Origin: Ruditapes philippinarum
Lineage: Eukaryota
Assembly (NCBI RefSeq): GCF_026571515.1
Contig: NW_026865315.1
Span: 62,001 to 126,000 of the forward strand
Length of the DNA: 64,000 nt
Reading direction: 5' to 3'
Notes under the pieces: generated by a model
Seen by the model: only the letters and a program-made list of their open reading frames with translations
Told to the model about the DNA's origin: nothing
Databases searched by the model: none
Translations under genes and position numbers: made by a program
Shown: piece after piece, positions 39,016 through 49,959 of the stretch
How positions within the stretch are numbered: position 1 is the stretch's first letter
Layout of the letters: each line of letters starts with the position of its first letter

Positions 39016-40564
39016 AATTCAACCCCTCATTTCCTTATTACAAGGTTATAACGACATAAACTACATAAAAAATGGTTTCCAAGAGGGTTTCATTTAGGTT
39101 ATATAGGTGATAGGTCAGCATGCGATAGTAGAAATTTGAAATCTTGCATGGAATATCCAGAAATTGTAGAAAGAAAACTGGAAGCCGAGAAAAAACATAA
39201 TAGAATTGCTGGTCCATTTGAAGTATCTCCCTTCGATAATTTAAAAATTAGCCCAATAGGAGTTGTTGAAAAGAAAACACCAGGTCAATACCGTCTTATT
39301 CATCATTTAAGTTACCCAGCAGGTTCTTCAGTAAACGATTTTATAGATCCTTCATTATCAACAGTAAGTTACACATCATTTGATGATGCCGTCAACCTCC
39401 TCATTAAGTTGGGCCCTGGTTCCCTGTTCAGTAAAACAGATATTGCAGATGCCTATAGATTAATACCCATTCATCCAGATGATCATAGCTTGTTAGGTTT
39501 CAAATTCAAAGACCAAATTTATTTTGACAAATGTCTGCCTATGGGAGCTTCCAGCAGTTGTGCCATCTTCGAACGGTTTAGCTCTAGCCTTGAGTGGATT
39601 GCAAAGAAAAATTGCTAATTCCACATATAATACACATTTTAGATGATTTTCTCATTATGGGCCCTCCAAAGTCAAATACATGTAAGCTCCATTTAGATAA
39701 ATTTTTGTCCATGTGTAATTCAATTGGGTACAAATTAAATCTGAAAAGACCAGCAACCATGTAATATCATTACATTTATGGGCTTAGAATTAGACTCTGT
39801 GCAAATGGTGGCCAGACTACCACAAAGATAAGCTTATTAAATTAAGACAGTTGCTATCATTTTATATCAAACGTAGGAAAATAACTCTTAAAGACATGCA
39901 AAGCTTAATTGGTCTTCTAAACTTCTGTTGCTATGTAGTCACACCTGGCAGATGTTTTCTTAGAAGATAAATTGATCTTACTAAAAAGGTCAATAAACCG
40001 AACCACCGCATTACACTTAATGCTTAAAGCCGAAAAGATATTAAAGCCTGGCAAATATTTGTGGAACATTTTAATGGAAAAAATTTACTGTTAGATGGAA
40101 AATGGTTGACAGATGAACAATTAAATTTGTTCACTGATGCATCCGGAATTTTAGGGTTTGGAGCAATATTTGGGCAACATTGGTTCTATGGTACTTGGCC
40201 GGAAAGTCTATCAAATATGGCCATTACCTTTAAAGAAATGTTCCCTATAGTAATAGCAATTGAGGTTTGGGGGCAAAAATTATGCCATAAATGCCTCGTT
40301 CTTCATTCTGATAATGAAGCTGTGGTATATATTTTAAACAAACAAACTTCCAAAAACCCTTTAGTAATGCGTTTAGTTAGACGCTTTGTATTACTTTGTA
40401 TGAAATATAATATTCTCATTAAAGCTGTCCATATCAGTGGTAAATTGAATTATCTCCCTGATCTTTTATCACGTTTACAGATAAACCAATTCAAAACAGT
40501 AGCACAACAGCACATGGATCCAGACCCCACAGACGTAACATCAATCGTGTCCGATCTCACTTAG
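38985..40564 (+). pseudogene. DIRS-type RT/RNase H ORF, disrupted in the RT and connection region
   Basis: LPTPI...GF..GF, YRLIHHLS, KTDIADAYR, LPMGASSS, HILDDF, LIGLLNF; RNase H FTDAS, KEM, SDN, DLLSR. Five +/-1 frameshifts (about 39090, 39610, 39729, 39751, 39826) and in-frame TAA at 39968 and 40025. Confidence 0.9.
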
Positions 40565-40584
40565 ACCAAACGGTCTTAGACCTC

Positions 40585-41478
40585 TTGGATAATTCTTTGT
40601 CATTGTCAACCAAACACTCATATCAACATTCATTAAAACATTTTTTCACATTTATGCAAAGTACCTACCCGGGAAAAACACATTTCCCTGTCTCTGAGTA
40701 TAAAATTGCGCAATATATAGCATACTGTTTCGAACAAGGTTACCGCTATTCCACTATACGCACTAAAATATCAGCCATTGCTTATTTACACAAAATTCAT
40801 AAATATCGCAATCCTACAGACTCATTTGTCATTTCGAAAATGTTGTATTCAATAAGAACAACCTCCACCCCGTCTGACAGTAGGCTTCCAATGACTATCC
40901 CTATATTGAAATCAATTATTCAAGCCCTTGACACGATAGTGCCCTCATCATATGACAAACTCTTGTACAGGGCTATTTTCATAGTGTCTTTCTTTGGCCT
41001 CTTAAGGATTGGGGAAATAACACTCACACCAACAGGTTCTACTAATGTCATACAAAGTAATAACCTCACTCTCCACAGGTCAAAGTCCACCCGTAAAATC
41101 AATAAAGCAACAATTTATATGCCGAAGTACAAACATTTTGATGGTAAAACCTCCACAATTATACTGAAAAAGAATTCCGATGTTACCATCTGTCCGGTTA
41201 ATGCATTAAAAAGTTACCTTAAGAGAAGGTCAGCACGGTCTGGTCAATTATTCATATGCAGAAATGACCGTACATTATTCAGTTCTACATTTCGCTCATT
41301 GTTGAGAAGTTGTGTGGAACATATAGGTTTGGATCCAACAAAATATACACCTCACTCATTCAGAATAGGTGGCGCCACACACGCTTTCAACTGTCAATAT
41401 ACTCAATTACAAATCCAGAAATTAGGCCGCTGGAAATCCAATGCTTTCAAAGGATATATTCGCCCTGTCAATTTATAA
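40585..41478 (+). CDS. Tyrosine recombinase (true start uncertain)
   Basis: LLRIGE (R), KYK (K), HSFRIG (HxxR), LGRW, FKGYIR (Y); the frame stays open upstream into the RNase H end and has no ATG ahead of the N-terminal domain. Confidence 0.93.
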   Translation: MDNSLSLSTKHSYQHSLKHFFTFMQSTYPGKTHFPVSEYKIAQYIAYCFEQGYRYSTIRTKISAIAYLHKIHKYRNPTDSFVISKMLYSIRTTSTPSDSRLPMTIPILKSIIQALDTIVPSSYDKLLYRAIFIVSFFGLLRIGEITLTPTGSTNVIQSNNLTLHRSKSTRKINKATIYMPKYKHFDGKTSTIILKKNSDVTICPVNALKSYLKRRSARSGQLFICRNDRTLFSSTFRSLLRSCVEHIGLDPTKYTPHSFRIGGATHAFNCQYTQLQIQKLGRWKSNAFKGYIRPVNL

Positions 41479-41552
41479 TACGAAAAAGTTTATGCCATAT
41501 AAAAGCTAGTGCCATCATACTACCTAGAGTGATTGTTTTGTTGTTCGCAACG

Positions 41553-42140
41553 TCCTGACTGGCTAAGGCAGCAGGATATTTGTAATATTAAATGTTAAGT
41601 AATACTGACATTGATTACTCGTTTTCACAGTTACCTGACTGGCTGAGGCAGCAGGAAATCTGTACATATGAACATTATTCAACTTGCAACTTTAACCTTA
41701 TGAACTTGTTCCTGACTGGCTGAGGCAGCAGGAAATCTGTACATATTGACACTTTTCAACTTACAATTTTTACTCTTGTTAACATGTTCCTGACTGGCTG
41801 AGGCAGCAGGAAATCTGTACATATGAACATTTTTCAACTTGGAATTTTTAACTCTTGTTAACATGTTCCTGACTGGCTTAGGCAGCAGGATATTTGTATG
41901 TATCAACATTTTTCACAACTTATATCTATTACTCTGATCATTTATATTTCCTGACTGGCTTAGGCAGCAGGATATCTGTACATATATGTAAATCTTACAG
42001 TGTATCAGCTTTAACTCTAATTCATATTTTTCTGACTAGTTAAGCAGCTATATATCTGTACATATTTATGACGGTTAATATTTTTACATTTACCTATTTG
42101 TTATTCATATTTTCATGACAGGCTTGGACAACAAGATTTT
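41553..42140 (+). repeat. 77-83-bp tandem array (8 units) with a conserved hairpin core
   Basis: CCTGACTGGCT(G/T/A)AGGCAGCAGGA at 41554, 41634, 41711, 41789, 41868, 41950; degenerate at 42031 and 42114. Confidence 0.95.
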
Positions 42141-42541
42141 AGAACATGAAAACGTTAATTGATACTTTTACATTTTGTTTCCTCATTACATTTAAAATCA
42201 TATTTCTAAATAATCTAATCTAAATTGTTATACAGGACTAAGTTAGGCAAAGGCATAATTATGAAAATATAGTTTATAAACAACAAGCATATTATACAAA
42301 TGTTATGTAGTAATACGATGATTGTTAATATTTACTTTAAACAGTATTATAGTTAAACTGTCTCACGTTACTTAGAAACTACTATGGCCAATTTATGTTT
42401 TTTACTTTTTCAATTTTATTATCATATAAGACATTTCCCATATCTTAACATTATAATTTGATATTTACACCATGTATATATTACTACCAAAAACTCAATT
42501 TTGTCTGGCGGATATGGGTTGGTTTATTGACAACCCATTTA

Positions 42542-43160
42542 TGGCGGTTTTTCCCTGCCAGATATTTCGAAAAATTACCTCATTCTTGTTCATGTTATAC
42601 TTATGGCTTAATAAAGCCCAAATATCAATCTCATAACATGGTTGTTTCTTATTTCTCCATACAAGCTTCAATTGAGTTTTTGGTGGTTGTTGCAGTTAAT
42701 ATAAATGTATTTTATGTGTCATAAAATTATTTATATGGCAAGACAACATAATTCTTAATATCATTCACTTTACTTTTCTGTAAATCCGCATATATCTTAT
42801 GCACTGCAGATAGAGGTCCGCATACCGAAGTTTCGTTACCGACAAATAAACGGTGCATTTATAATTAGCCTACGTCACTTCGCGTACCTCAGTGAACAAA
42901 GAAACTCGCATTTGCTTTTCCCACCCTCCCACCACAATTATAAATTTCCATTACAGTCTTGCAAATAAATGGTTTTGTAACTTCATGCTTATTTTTCTTT
43001 CTAGTCATATACCGATTGTTAATATTGATTTATCATGATATTTCTATTTTCTAGTTGTTATTTGGTGCTGGCGGTTTTTCCCTGCCAGATATTTCGAAAA
43101 ATTACCTCATTCTTGTTCATGTTATACTTATGGCTTAATAAAGCCCAAATATCAATCTCA
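42542..43160 (+). repeat. 3' repeat block B1 (42542-42633), A2 (42703-42920), B2 (43069-43160)
   Basis: B1 and B2 identical over 92 bp and contain AATAAA; C-rich CCACCCTCCCACC follows A2. Confidence 0.95.
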
Positions 43161-45550
43161 ATCTACAGAATGATAATATAGGGTTCCTTTACCATAAGCA
43201 GATGTTAATGTCAGTTAAAAGATTAATTAGCGCTAAACTTGTATATACAAATACATTGGGTAATTTAGCAATGTGTTATAAGTTTCATGTAAGTAAACCG
43301 GTTTCGCCATGCTTTTCAAGTGCTAAAGCGATGCAATTTCACCAACGTTTAAGTTTTTTATAATGAAAGTACAGAGGCAGTCAGTGCAGTCAATTACTTT
43401 TACATAGCTCCCTGTGTGACTCACACAAAAAGAATGCGACAATGGCGCGTGTTCCTGTGATGTTGTCCTTTACTGCATTTTTCGTTCTTTGTAAGGCCGT
43501 TCACTATTAATCAATTAATGATTAATTAATTGTTTTATTTATGTATTTTTAGTTAAGGGTCAAACTTGCAAATTGTAAACCTATTGTATTGACCTTCATG
43601 ATAAAGTATCCGTCATTTATGATTTATGATTATGAAACATACAAACACTTTCATTTCAAATACTACTAAACTGATTTCAATTTCCTTACGGCTATCATTT
43701 TGCTTGTCATAATGCCCAGTCCTGCTCCTCATCAATAATTACTTCAAGTACTGTATCATTTACTTGCAAAACTTGTAGTTTAACATAACCATATTGAAAA
43801 CATAAAGAAAATATATTCACTGACACAACAGTAAACGCAAGTTACAAGACGCTATTTCAAAGCGATTTTTATCATGGAAATTTTCGACTTTGATATTGAC
43901 AAATTTTGACGAATTCAATACGGTTGACACAGGTAGACAAACAAATATGAGGAGATAAACAAAATGCACATATTTATACACGAACAAGATGAAATGATGA
44001 TATAACATAATTAACATGTATTACATGTACGTGCAGTAGAGAAACATAAATATTCAAAAACAGTATCAAATCAATTAGGTGATCAGTAAGTGTAATATCT
44101 GAGATTTGATTTTATTAAATAAACAATATTATTATATCATTGTTATTATTATTATGTTTGACTTAATTCGTATGTAGTTTATGAGACAGCGACTTTTACG
44201 ACTGTTTTATACTTCATACTTATTCATACTTCATTTTAGTACAGACATAAACTTATGTTTTACTTAATAATAATGCAGTTTTAGTATATAAGGCAACTTT
44301 TCTTTAGTTAATGTAATTTCAGTAGAGCAGCAAATCACATGACTGAATAATTAACTGTTCTTTCAAGCTCAGTAATATTGTAATCGTAGAATCATTCCAT
44401 TAATGAAGAAGGAATGCTATTGTCCAAAATTCATCATCAATGTTATGTACCTTACGCTTTCAGCAAAATCTAGTACTGTGGCGCGACTATACTTTTCAGC
44501 GCATTACTTAAATAAATTTTATGAGTACATATTATTACTCAAATACAATGTCAGTTATATGGAATAAGTTTGCCGGAAGTTTGCGAGTAGTGTCAAACGT
44601 ATCCTTACAAAATCTTGCCGTTTGATTGGCGTAAGTCCCATTTAAATGTTGATATATTAACTGAAAAGTGCGTTTAGGTGAATGAATAAATGGACATTGG
44701 TCGTGACAAACTTGCTAATTCATTGATAACTCTTTTTCCCTAGAATTTTAACATGTGAAATATTAAAGCAATGAGTTACACTTTATTAAATTCCTTATCA
44801 CATTCAGTATTTTATGTCAAACATGAAAATAATAATAATCTCATTTTAATGGCATTTCATCCTTTTCATATAACGTTTGCGTGATAATTATAAACCGCTC
44901 TGTCACCGACTCCCAACGCTCCATGTTTACTCATGTAACATTCCCGTTAATGAAATCTATAACAGATTGAGTGAAAGCAGCTATCCGTAATGTCAGGTTG
45001 CTTATCGCGCAACGTTAGTAGTGTCTGACGTACTTGTTACGCTTACTGAATCAGACGACCATGAATTATCGCGGGATAAGGCATGAGCGATTTCGTTTTC
45101 TAATTTCATTCGGAAGATATAAGCTAGGACTATTCCTTAGTACAAGCATTTCTTGAAACGGTTCTGAATTGTAGTCTTATGTTTAAGCATTACGATTTGT
45201 AATGAAACGCAACTCTTGAAGCCTGTAGATATAAAGATGAGTATCTTACTTGTATAACAAAAACCGATTGTCCTACTACTTGTGAATATTTGACAAGCTT
45301 TTCATAGAAATAAAGAAAGGATATAGATTAAACCATTTTGTCATTTTTGAGGAAGAAATATCTAATTTCACACTCGGGGGCCAACACTTCCTTGTTTAAT
45401 TTACTTAAGTGATTTCATTTTTCACATACCGCCTCATCTCGTTAGGACAATTGTATGTGTATGACAGGTATGTGATGAATATTTTATATGTTGATATATA
45501 TATATATATTATTAGTTATAAAGATCGTTGACAGGTTATATGGTCCTATA

Positions 45551-46001
45551 TATAGAGTATATTTGTTTAGTTCAGTGTAAGATCGGAATATATATTTCAC
45601 CGAGTGAGCCCCAAAAGGTATATTTCACGAGTGGCGCAGCCACGAGTGAAATATGAACTTTTGGTGTTCACAAGGTGAAATATATTTCGATCTTACACTA
45701 AACTAAACAAATTTTCTTTTTATTATATGCAAAAAAACGTTTTAAAAAGACATTAAACCTAATACTGAATGAAAAGCGCGCCAAAAAATAATACAACGTG
45801 ACGTCATTTACGACGTCACGTCATTAAGTTGGTACCCAGTTCTGTGCACGCCGGTATTTCACTGAAACAACGTAAGGGGCTTAAATTCAAAACAGTGAAA
45901 TTATCAAAGTGGTAATTTCACTGTTTCAAACAGTGAAATTACCAGTTTTTTATATCACTGATATATTTCAGATCTATAAACCACCGAAAAGCATGTAATA
46001 A
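45551..46001 (+). mobile_element. Nested foldback element 1
   Basis: Starts TATAGAG; arms TTTGTTTAGTTCAGTGTAAGATCG / CGATCTTACACTAAACTAAACAAA; centre GAGTGGCGCAGCCACGAG; TTTATTATATGC pairs with terminal GCATGTAATAAA. Confidence 0.75.
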
Positions 46002-46182
46002 AAACGGCTATTTGTAAATATAACCCGAGCCGTTAGGAGAGGGTTATATTGCAAACAGCCGTTTATATACGGCCATATAACCTGTCAACGATCTTTATAA
46101 CGAATTTATAATACAGCAAGCATCATTTTTATAGAAAAAACGTAAGATTTCTTCATGAATCGACAGCAGCCGTGTATATAAA

Positions 46183-47000
46183 ACTATTTATCCTGTCACT
46201 TGTATCAATTTCGGCCCGATAACAAGGTGCCGTATATTTTTACTGATCTACGGCACTTGATCACGTGGTATGTATGTTTGCCGGACTACTTTTCAAGAAA
46301 AAATATAAAAACTGTCGTTAAATCTTCTGTGTGTAGAATAACGAATTTTGGAAACGTTGATAAAACTTTGTTTGTTTATTTTATTTCACTCTATAATTTT
46401 TCAAGCGAAATAAAAAATATTAAAAGTGAAATAAATGTAAAACTTAACTCGTTTGCGATATTAAAATAGCGTACTCGATTTGATTGTTTTTGCACGTGCT
46501 GTTTGGCGCTACATTGTGACGTCACGTAAACAAAACTTTAAAACGTCTGTACAGCGGTTAACGACTGAATAAAAGATATTGGTGTTCGAATTCATTTTCT
46601 TAGTTAGACCATTTTCTTTCATTCTAGATAGTTTTCACAACAAAATTCGACAAAAAATTGTTTTTATTTATCACATTTTTCAAACAAAATGGCGCTCTCA
46701 ATGTGAAAATACACAGGGAGATAATAAGAACGGCGAGTGCATTGTTGTAGAATAATTAGGGCCTTCTTTGTTTATATAGAAACATTTAAGATAGTGTGAT
46801 TAAAGGTAGTTTGCCAAATAAATTTCTTTAAAAAAACGGTGACAGGATAAAAAGAATAATAGATTGGTGCCGTGGATGGAGAAAGTTTATCTGGCTCTGC
46901 TCCGGATTTTATTGGGTTCGCCTTCGGCTCACCCAATAAATTCCTCCGCCTCGCCAGATAAACTTTCTCCATCCACGGCACCAACCTATTATTCTCTATA
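46183..47000 (-). mobile_element. Nested foldback element 2
   Basis: Minus-strand start TATAGAGAATAATAG; arms TTGGTGCCGTGGATGGAGAAAGTTTATCTGGC / GCCAGATAAACTTTCTCCATCCACGGCACCAA; centre GAGCCGAAGGCGAA; TTTATCCTGTCAC pairs with GTGACAGGATAAA. Confidence 0.75.
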
Positions 47001-47276
47001 TAAACGTCACGGTTATCCAATGAAAAGCGACGTTACAAACGTGCAATATTATAAAGTATAATTATATACATTTTATAAATTCTGCTCATCAACGTGTCTG
47101 ATCTACATAAAGAACATTTATTCATATAATTTTATTTAATATGACAAAGAAAAAATCGTACGTTTTTAACAAACTAAGAACAAACCTTTTTGTCTTTTTC
47201 GTGTTGCTGCTATCTTAGTATATTTTCGCAGCGTTTTTTCTTCGTATTTTGATATTTTCTAAACATTAGAGTCCAT

Positions 47277-47453
47277 NNNNNNNNNNNNNNNNNNNNNNNN
47301 NNNNNNNNNNNNNNNNNNNNNNNNNNNNNNNNNNNNNNNNNNNNNNNNNNNNNNNNNNNNNNNNNNNNNNNNNNNNNNNNNNNNNNNNNNNNNNNNNNNN
47401 NNNNNNNNNNNNNNNNNNNNNNNNNNNNNNNNNNNNNNNNNNNNNNNNNNNNN
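47277..47453. other. Assembly gap (177 N)
   Basis: Run of N. Confidence 1.
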
Positions 47454-47469
47454 TCAAAATACGTCTGCT

Positions 47470-47661
47470 CATCAACAAAAACATAATCAGTGCAATCAAC
47501 ACATATATGGTCATCAGAGTCATCATTAACAGCAACAACATAATCATCATTGCAGTCAAATGATTCTGCTCATCATCACTTTCATCAGCAGAATTATTAT
47601 CACTTCAATAAACACAAATCTGTTCATCATCACCATTATAAACATAATTATCATGATCATG

Positions 47662-47692
<31 letters not shown>

Positions 47693-47840
47693 CAATCAAT
47701 ATATTTGTGCTCATCATCACTTTCATCAACATAGTCATCATCATCATCACAATTAAAATATATTTGTTCATTCATTACTAGTATCATAATCGTTATCACG
47801 AAATCAATATGCTTCTTCTCACCATTGCCATCATCAACAA
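47470..47840. repeat. Degenerate (CAT)n microsatellite region
   Basis: Pure (ATC)n near 47662-47692 within decayed CAT-rich units; explains the poly-H/I/D/M ORFs in the track. Confidence 0.9.
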
Positions 47841-48298
47841 AACAATTATTACCACTTTTCAATACGCTTGGATATCATAGCAACACAGAATACAATGAAA
47901 TTGATATTTGTGAAAAAGTTCGTGTCTCCCTTTTGCTTGTGAGGATGTGTTTCAACAATTCCTAAACATGAGATATAACCAAGGAAAATATCGCTTAAAA
48001 ATGATCTGTATAACGATAAACAAACACAACAGTTAAAATATTTTAGTGAAAACATAAGCTATACTCCCCATATCACACCAAAACATTTTTATTATTGAAG
48101 TCCTTTAAAATTTTAGTAATATGATATTCAAATTGTATCAGGTATGTTTAAGTACATTATATTTTGAGGCTTCTTAAGGATTACCTGGATTATTTTAAAC
48201 ATAAAAAAATAGATACAGCCATACAAAGGTACATACAGCCAAACCAACCAAACTAATACACAGTGAAGTAAGAAGACTGTGATAACTAATTGTATAGT

Positions 48299-49635
48299 CC
48301 CGGGATGCGTTTCATAAAGATTCGTAAGCTTAAAATATAAGACTAAAGATAGGACTGGAATAATATTGCACTTAAGAGCGTTTAAAGAAACTCTCATAAC
48401 TTTTGTATTTAAAATTAGTCCTAACTTTTTACTTAAGACAAAATCTTACTAATGGAGATAAAAAAATAATCACTTGTTCCTTTTCCTGTAATATGTCATT
48501 GACATGTAAAAAAGTGTATAATAGCAGATGATAAAATAAAATAACGCTGAAAAATTTACATTTATATATTAATTTAATATTTCTTATATATGTATTAACT
48601 TGCTTCATATCATTAATGTTATAATTGTAACCTTGGACACTAATAACTTTCTTATAAAATTATTAAATTGCATAAAGTGGACATGTTTCTTGAAAAAATC
48701 GTCCACAATTTTCCCAAACGTAAAAGATCCTCTTAATATTTAGGAAACAAATATCAATTCTGAGTGAATTGTTGTAGTAAAATGCACTTGGCATAAATAT
48801 ACTCACAAAAGCTGATAGGTCTGAGTGATTTATTACAAAGCATTTGAACTATTAACCTTAAATTATTTAATTGTAACGTAAGAAAAATAATATCTATTTC
48901 CATTCTTACATGGAGAATAATCATAAAAACATGTTGAACATTATTGAGCATAATTTATCTTACGTCATTTGGTTTATATGACGTCATATCTTACTTTATA
49001 TTATGTGTTATTCCTCTTTTTTATGTCATGCATAATAAATAAATAAATAATTTTATGTAATAATGCACTTAATTGCCTTATTATTTTATATGGGAATATT
49101 GTGAAGCGTTTTTGAATACAAAATGTTTAAAGAATGTTGCATATTGAAACAAATAAATAAGTCTGTCAAAGCCATAACAATCATGGTTCAGTCATATATT
49201 ATGAATAATGGTATAGAATGAATGCTCTTTTATGAATAAAACCTATCATTTCACTGGTAAGCAACAATAAACGTGTTAATTTTCAGAAAAGTTTGATTTA
49301 TCTTAAAATATATTCAAGTTGTTATCATGTAAAAAAAACAGTGCAATAATAACAAATGTATTGCAGACTAAACACTGTTAATATATATATGCTTTTTCAT
49401 CATTTGTAAACGCCCACCACTTTTACGTTCAGAAATGAAAACAAGATCTGCTATTTTTGTTTAGCACTTGTTTTTGTATTTATAACTTAAGACAAAAGTA
49501 AGGAGTACCCTGAGGCAACTTTAAAGTCCTAAGTTCAGAATTGTACTTGGGACTTTTCTGGAAACGGAGTTTTATCACAGTTTTGCACTTACCACTAAAG
49601 TCGGTCTTAAGATTCTTCATGAAACGCACCCACTG
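48299..49635. mobile_element. Non-autonomous TIR element, about 1.3 kb
   Basis: GGATGCGTTTCATAAAGATTCGTAAG / CTTAAGATTCTTCATGAAACGCACCC; TAGT on both flanks; CTTAAG/CCTAAG-like subterminal motifs. Confidence 0.65.
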
Positions 49636-49959
49636 TAGTCTAATGAATGAAAACTGTTCCTAGTCATATGGAATTTAAAAACATTTAATGCATACTGAAA
49701 TGAAATGAAAATATATTTCAAAATATCTGAATATTTGTCAAAAGTATCTACGTTGTTACATGTCATTATTCTCTGTGCTTCTCCTTCGATTTTGTATTGA
49801 AGGTCTATCAAGGTCTTAGCGGTCAAAGGCCAGTCTAAAATCAGTTCGACTTCCTTAAACATTTAAGGGAAGAACTGAAAATAAAAAGAGTTTTCATTGA
49901 TCCTTTTAAATATTAGGAAATAAAATCTGGGATCCTCATTGGCTATTCTAAAAACACTC

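Larger units (their letters stand above)
31593..43162 (+). mobile_element. Ngaro/PAT-type tyrosine-recombinase (DIRS order) retrotransposon with split direct repeats, carrying a nested LINE
   Basis: A1 31591-31814 matches A2 42703-42920; B1 42542-42633 equals B2 43069-43160; order A1-ORFs-B1-A2-B2; ORFs for SGNH, gag, RT/RNase H and YR. Confidence 0.93.
45510..47060 (+). mobile_element. Family H foldback element interrupted by two other foldback elements
   Basis: Host segments 45510-45550, 46002-46180 and 47001-47060 join into a sequence colinear with 8405-8790; host hairpin centre GAGCCGTTAGGAGAG. Confidence 0.75.

Noticed and set aside
41553-42140. CRISPR array
   Set aside because: Linkers are homologous to each other, there are no cas genes and the context is eukaryotic; reported as a hairpin tandem array instead.
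47266-47862. His-, Asp-, Ile- or Met-rich proteins
   Set aside because: Translations of a (CAT)n microsatellite next to an N gap.
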